Shown: positions 15,475-16,404 of the stretch, in pieces
Numbering within the stretch: the first letter of the stretch is position 1
Layout of the letters: each line of letters starts with the position of its first letter
DNA from: Anaerolineales bacterium
GTDB lineage: Bacteria; Chloroflexota; Anaerolineae; Anaerolineales; JABWBV01
Reading direction: 5' to 3'
NCBI GenBank assembly: GCA_013359445.1
Contig: JABWBV010000082.1
Location: forward strand, 1-16,404
DNA: 16,404 nt
Translations under genes and position numbers: made by a program
Notes under the pieces: model-generated
What the model was told of the DNA's origin: nothing
Databases searched by the model: none
Seen by the model: the letters and a program-made list of their open reading frames with translations, nothing else

Positions 15475-15665
15475 CCTTCATCCCCCGGCGAGCTGAATCA
15501 GCACAGGAAGACCGCCAGCACCACGCGTGCCTCCCATTCCAGCCCCGCCCGGCGATAATGTCGCCAGGCTACAACACGATGCCCGTTCAAACGGGCTTTT
15601 CCAGCCGGATTCATCCGGCGTCGTTGGTAGCCGGGGGATTTATCCCCCGGCGAGCCAAATGAGCC
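15475..15665. promoter_or_regulatory. Intergenic region (globin-to-FG-GAP) with a thrice-repeated motif TCATCC(CCC)GGCG and embedded palindromes; candidate operator/promoter region
   Basis: R1 TCATCCCCCGGCGAGCTGAATCAGC (15478-15502) and R2 TTATCCCCCGGCGAGCCAAATGAGC (15640-15664) match at 21 of 25 positions. A partial third copy TTCATCCGGCG lies inside the palindrome CCGGATTCATCCGG (15606-15619). R2 overlaps the palindrome CCGGGGGAT-TT-ATCCCCCGG (15634-15653). Confidence 0.4.
15581..15600 (+). terminator. Small terminator-like hairpin with U-tract on the plus strand (GCCCG-TTCAAA-CGGGC-TTTT)
   Basis: A 5-bp GC stem followed by TTTT, oriented for a plus-strand transcript. No convincing plus-strand gene lies upstream, so its function is uncertain. 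Confidence 0.25.
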
Positions 15666-15672
15666 ATGCTTT

Positions 15673-16086
15673 TTACGCGGGCTGATACGCCGCTTCTTGC
15701 ATCAACCCGCTCAACAACGCAAACGCGTTTTCCCACGCGGATTCCACTTCGGGCGTGTACGCCGCGCCCAGGCCTTTTTCCAGCGTCCACAACAACGCCG
15801 CGCCGACGGTGGCGTAATGTTCGGGGCGCACGCCGTACCCCGCGTGGCGTTGGCCCAGGCTTTGCACGGCGGGGATGATCCGTTCGGGGTTGTCCAACCC
15901 GATCACGACCAGTTTGAGGGCGGACATCAGTTTTTCGCCCTGGGTTTTCAAATCCGCTTTGAACAACGGGCGCAGGTTGGGGTCCAGTTCAAACAGCCGT
16001 CCGTAAAACAGCGAGGCCGCGGTGTCCGCAATGGGTTCCACCTGGGCAAAAGATTGTTGGAGGGTGAGAATTTCTTGTGTGTTCAT
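15673..16086 (-). CDS. Single-domain bacterial hemoglobin (3/3 globin, Vitreoscilla Hb / flavohemoglobin N-domain-like)
   Basis: A 137-aa ORF with an AAGGAG Shine-Dalgarno 5 nt upstream of the ATG at 16086. FYGRLFELDPNLRPLF, IIPAVQSLGQRHAGYGVRPEHYATVGAALLWTL and ESAWENAF align with the VHb/Hmp globin fold, including the proximal His in the HAGYGV context. Confidence 0.85.
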   Translation of the reverse strand: MNTQEILTLQQSFAQVEPIADTAASLFYGRLFELDPNLRPLFKADLKTQGEKLMSALKLVVIGLDNPERIIPAVQSLGQRHAGYGVRPEHYATVGAALLWTLEKGLGAAYTPEVESAWENAFALLSGLMQEAAYQPA

Positions 16087-16265
16087 TTTTAGCTCCTTTT
16101 GATTTCACCGAAAGCCCTACGACGCTTTTCGTTGTAGCATCCTGAGCGGAGGCTTTGCGAAGTCGAAGGATGCGGTGTCATTCATTTCAATTTCCCCATC
16201 TTACGCCCCCACCGTCAGCGCCTCGTCGCGGGAACGTAGGCGGAAAGACAAAAAAACCTCGCTTT

Positions 16266-16404
16266 TTCAAATGGATTAGTACCCAGGTTCGTAGTGCCGC
16301 ACCCCAGTGCGGTCCGGCACTGACGTGCCTCACTACAAACTGGATATTTCAGATGGCGTTGCACCCAGGTTCGTAGTCCCGCACGCCAGTGCGGTCCGGC
16401 ACTG
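16266..16404. repeat. Two copies of an 82-bp-period tandem repeat with nested palindromes, truncated by the window end
   Basis: 16281-16322 and 16363-16404 match at 40 of 42 bp (ACCCAGGTTCGTAGT[G/C]CCGCAC[C/G]CCAGTGCGGTCCGGCACTG). Weaker similarity extends upstream (TTCA[A/G]ATGG...). Nested inverted repeats are GTGCCG...CGGCAC and CCGCAC...GTGCGG. Confidence 0.6.

Noticed and set aside
15428-15481. Longer start of the FG-GAP ORF at 15481
   Set aside because: The ATG at 15427 is preceded by AGGAGA at 7 nt and starts a typical signal peptide, whereas the upstream ATG lacks an SD.
6984-15490. Shared 7-mer GGGACCT between the loop of hairpin H2 and repeat R1 upstream of the FG-GAP gene
   Set aside because: The match is too short to distinguish from chance in 16 kb of GC-rich DNA.
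16155-16376. Plus-strand 73-aa ORF spanning the globin upstream region and the tandem repeat
   Set aside because: It runs through repeated, palindromic sequence, has no RBS, and gives a low-complexity basic translation; it is likely spurious.
16281-16404. CRISPR array (42-bp palindromic repeats, 40-bp spacer, AT-richer leader-like sequence upstream)
   Set aside because: The two repeats differ at 2 positions. Sequence flanking the repeats (the would-be spacer versus the pre-array region) also shows similarity, so the repeat unit is really about 60 bp of an 82-bp period. No cas genes are in the window. This fits a tandem duplication or REP-like element better, though it stays unresolved because the window ends.

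Overview
This is a high-GC bacterial chromosomal segment, roughly 55-66% GC. Its domain repertoire (CSLREA, choice-of-anchor Q, GEVED, FG-GAP) and its leaderless-looking starts suggest a Chloroflexota-like or similar environmental lineage; that placement is inference only. The plus strand carries a flotillin/SPFH gene, a GH57-like glycoside hydrolase gene, a DinB/YfiT-like gene and a very large AfsR/SARP-type regulator. The regulator has an OmpR-type winged helix and BTAD, then an NB-ARC/STAND P-loop NTPase, then TPR repeats. The minus strand carries a run of secreted/surface proteins: a zinc metalloprotease with an N-terminal GEVED-like domain, a beta-helix protein with CSLREA and choice-of-anchor Q domains, and an FG-GAP beta-propeller protein. 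A single-domain globin follows. The most unusual feature is a pair of paralogous small genes (76 and 63 aa, Trp/charged-rich, shared core YQSYLVRLWR...WRAT.RHVLTGEEWHFEDLERLFLFLH). They sit in about 180-bp direct-repeat segments exactly 4095 bp apart, bracketing the DinB-plus-regulator module. Between the copies, synonymous changes greatly outnumber nonsynonymous ones in the core, so a real protein is being conserved. Other features include two sequence-related perfect palindromic hairpins (REP-like or terminator-like) and structured intergenic regions with long stem-loops and direct repeats that may be operators. The regulator gene shows an abrupt C3-to-G3 codon-usage switch at the NB-ARC/TPR junction. 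The window ends in an 82-bp-period tandem repeat with nested palindromes. No tRNA, rRNA, transposase, or unambiguous CRISPR array was found.
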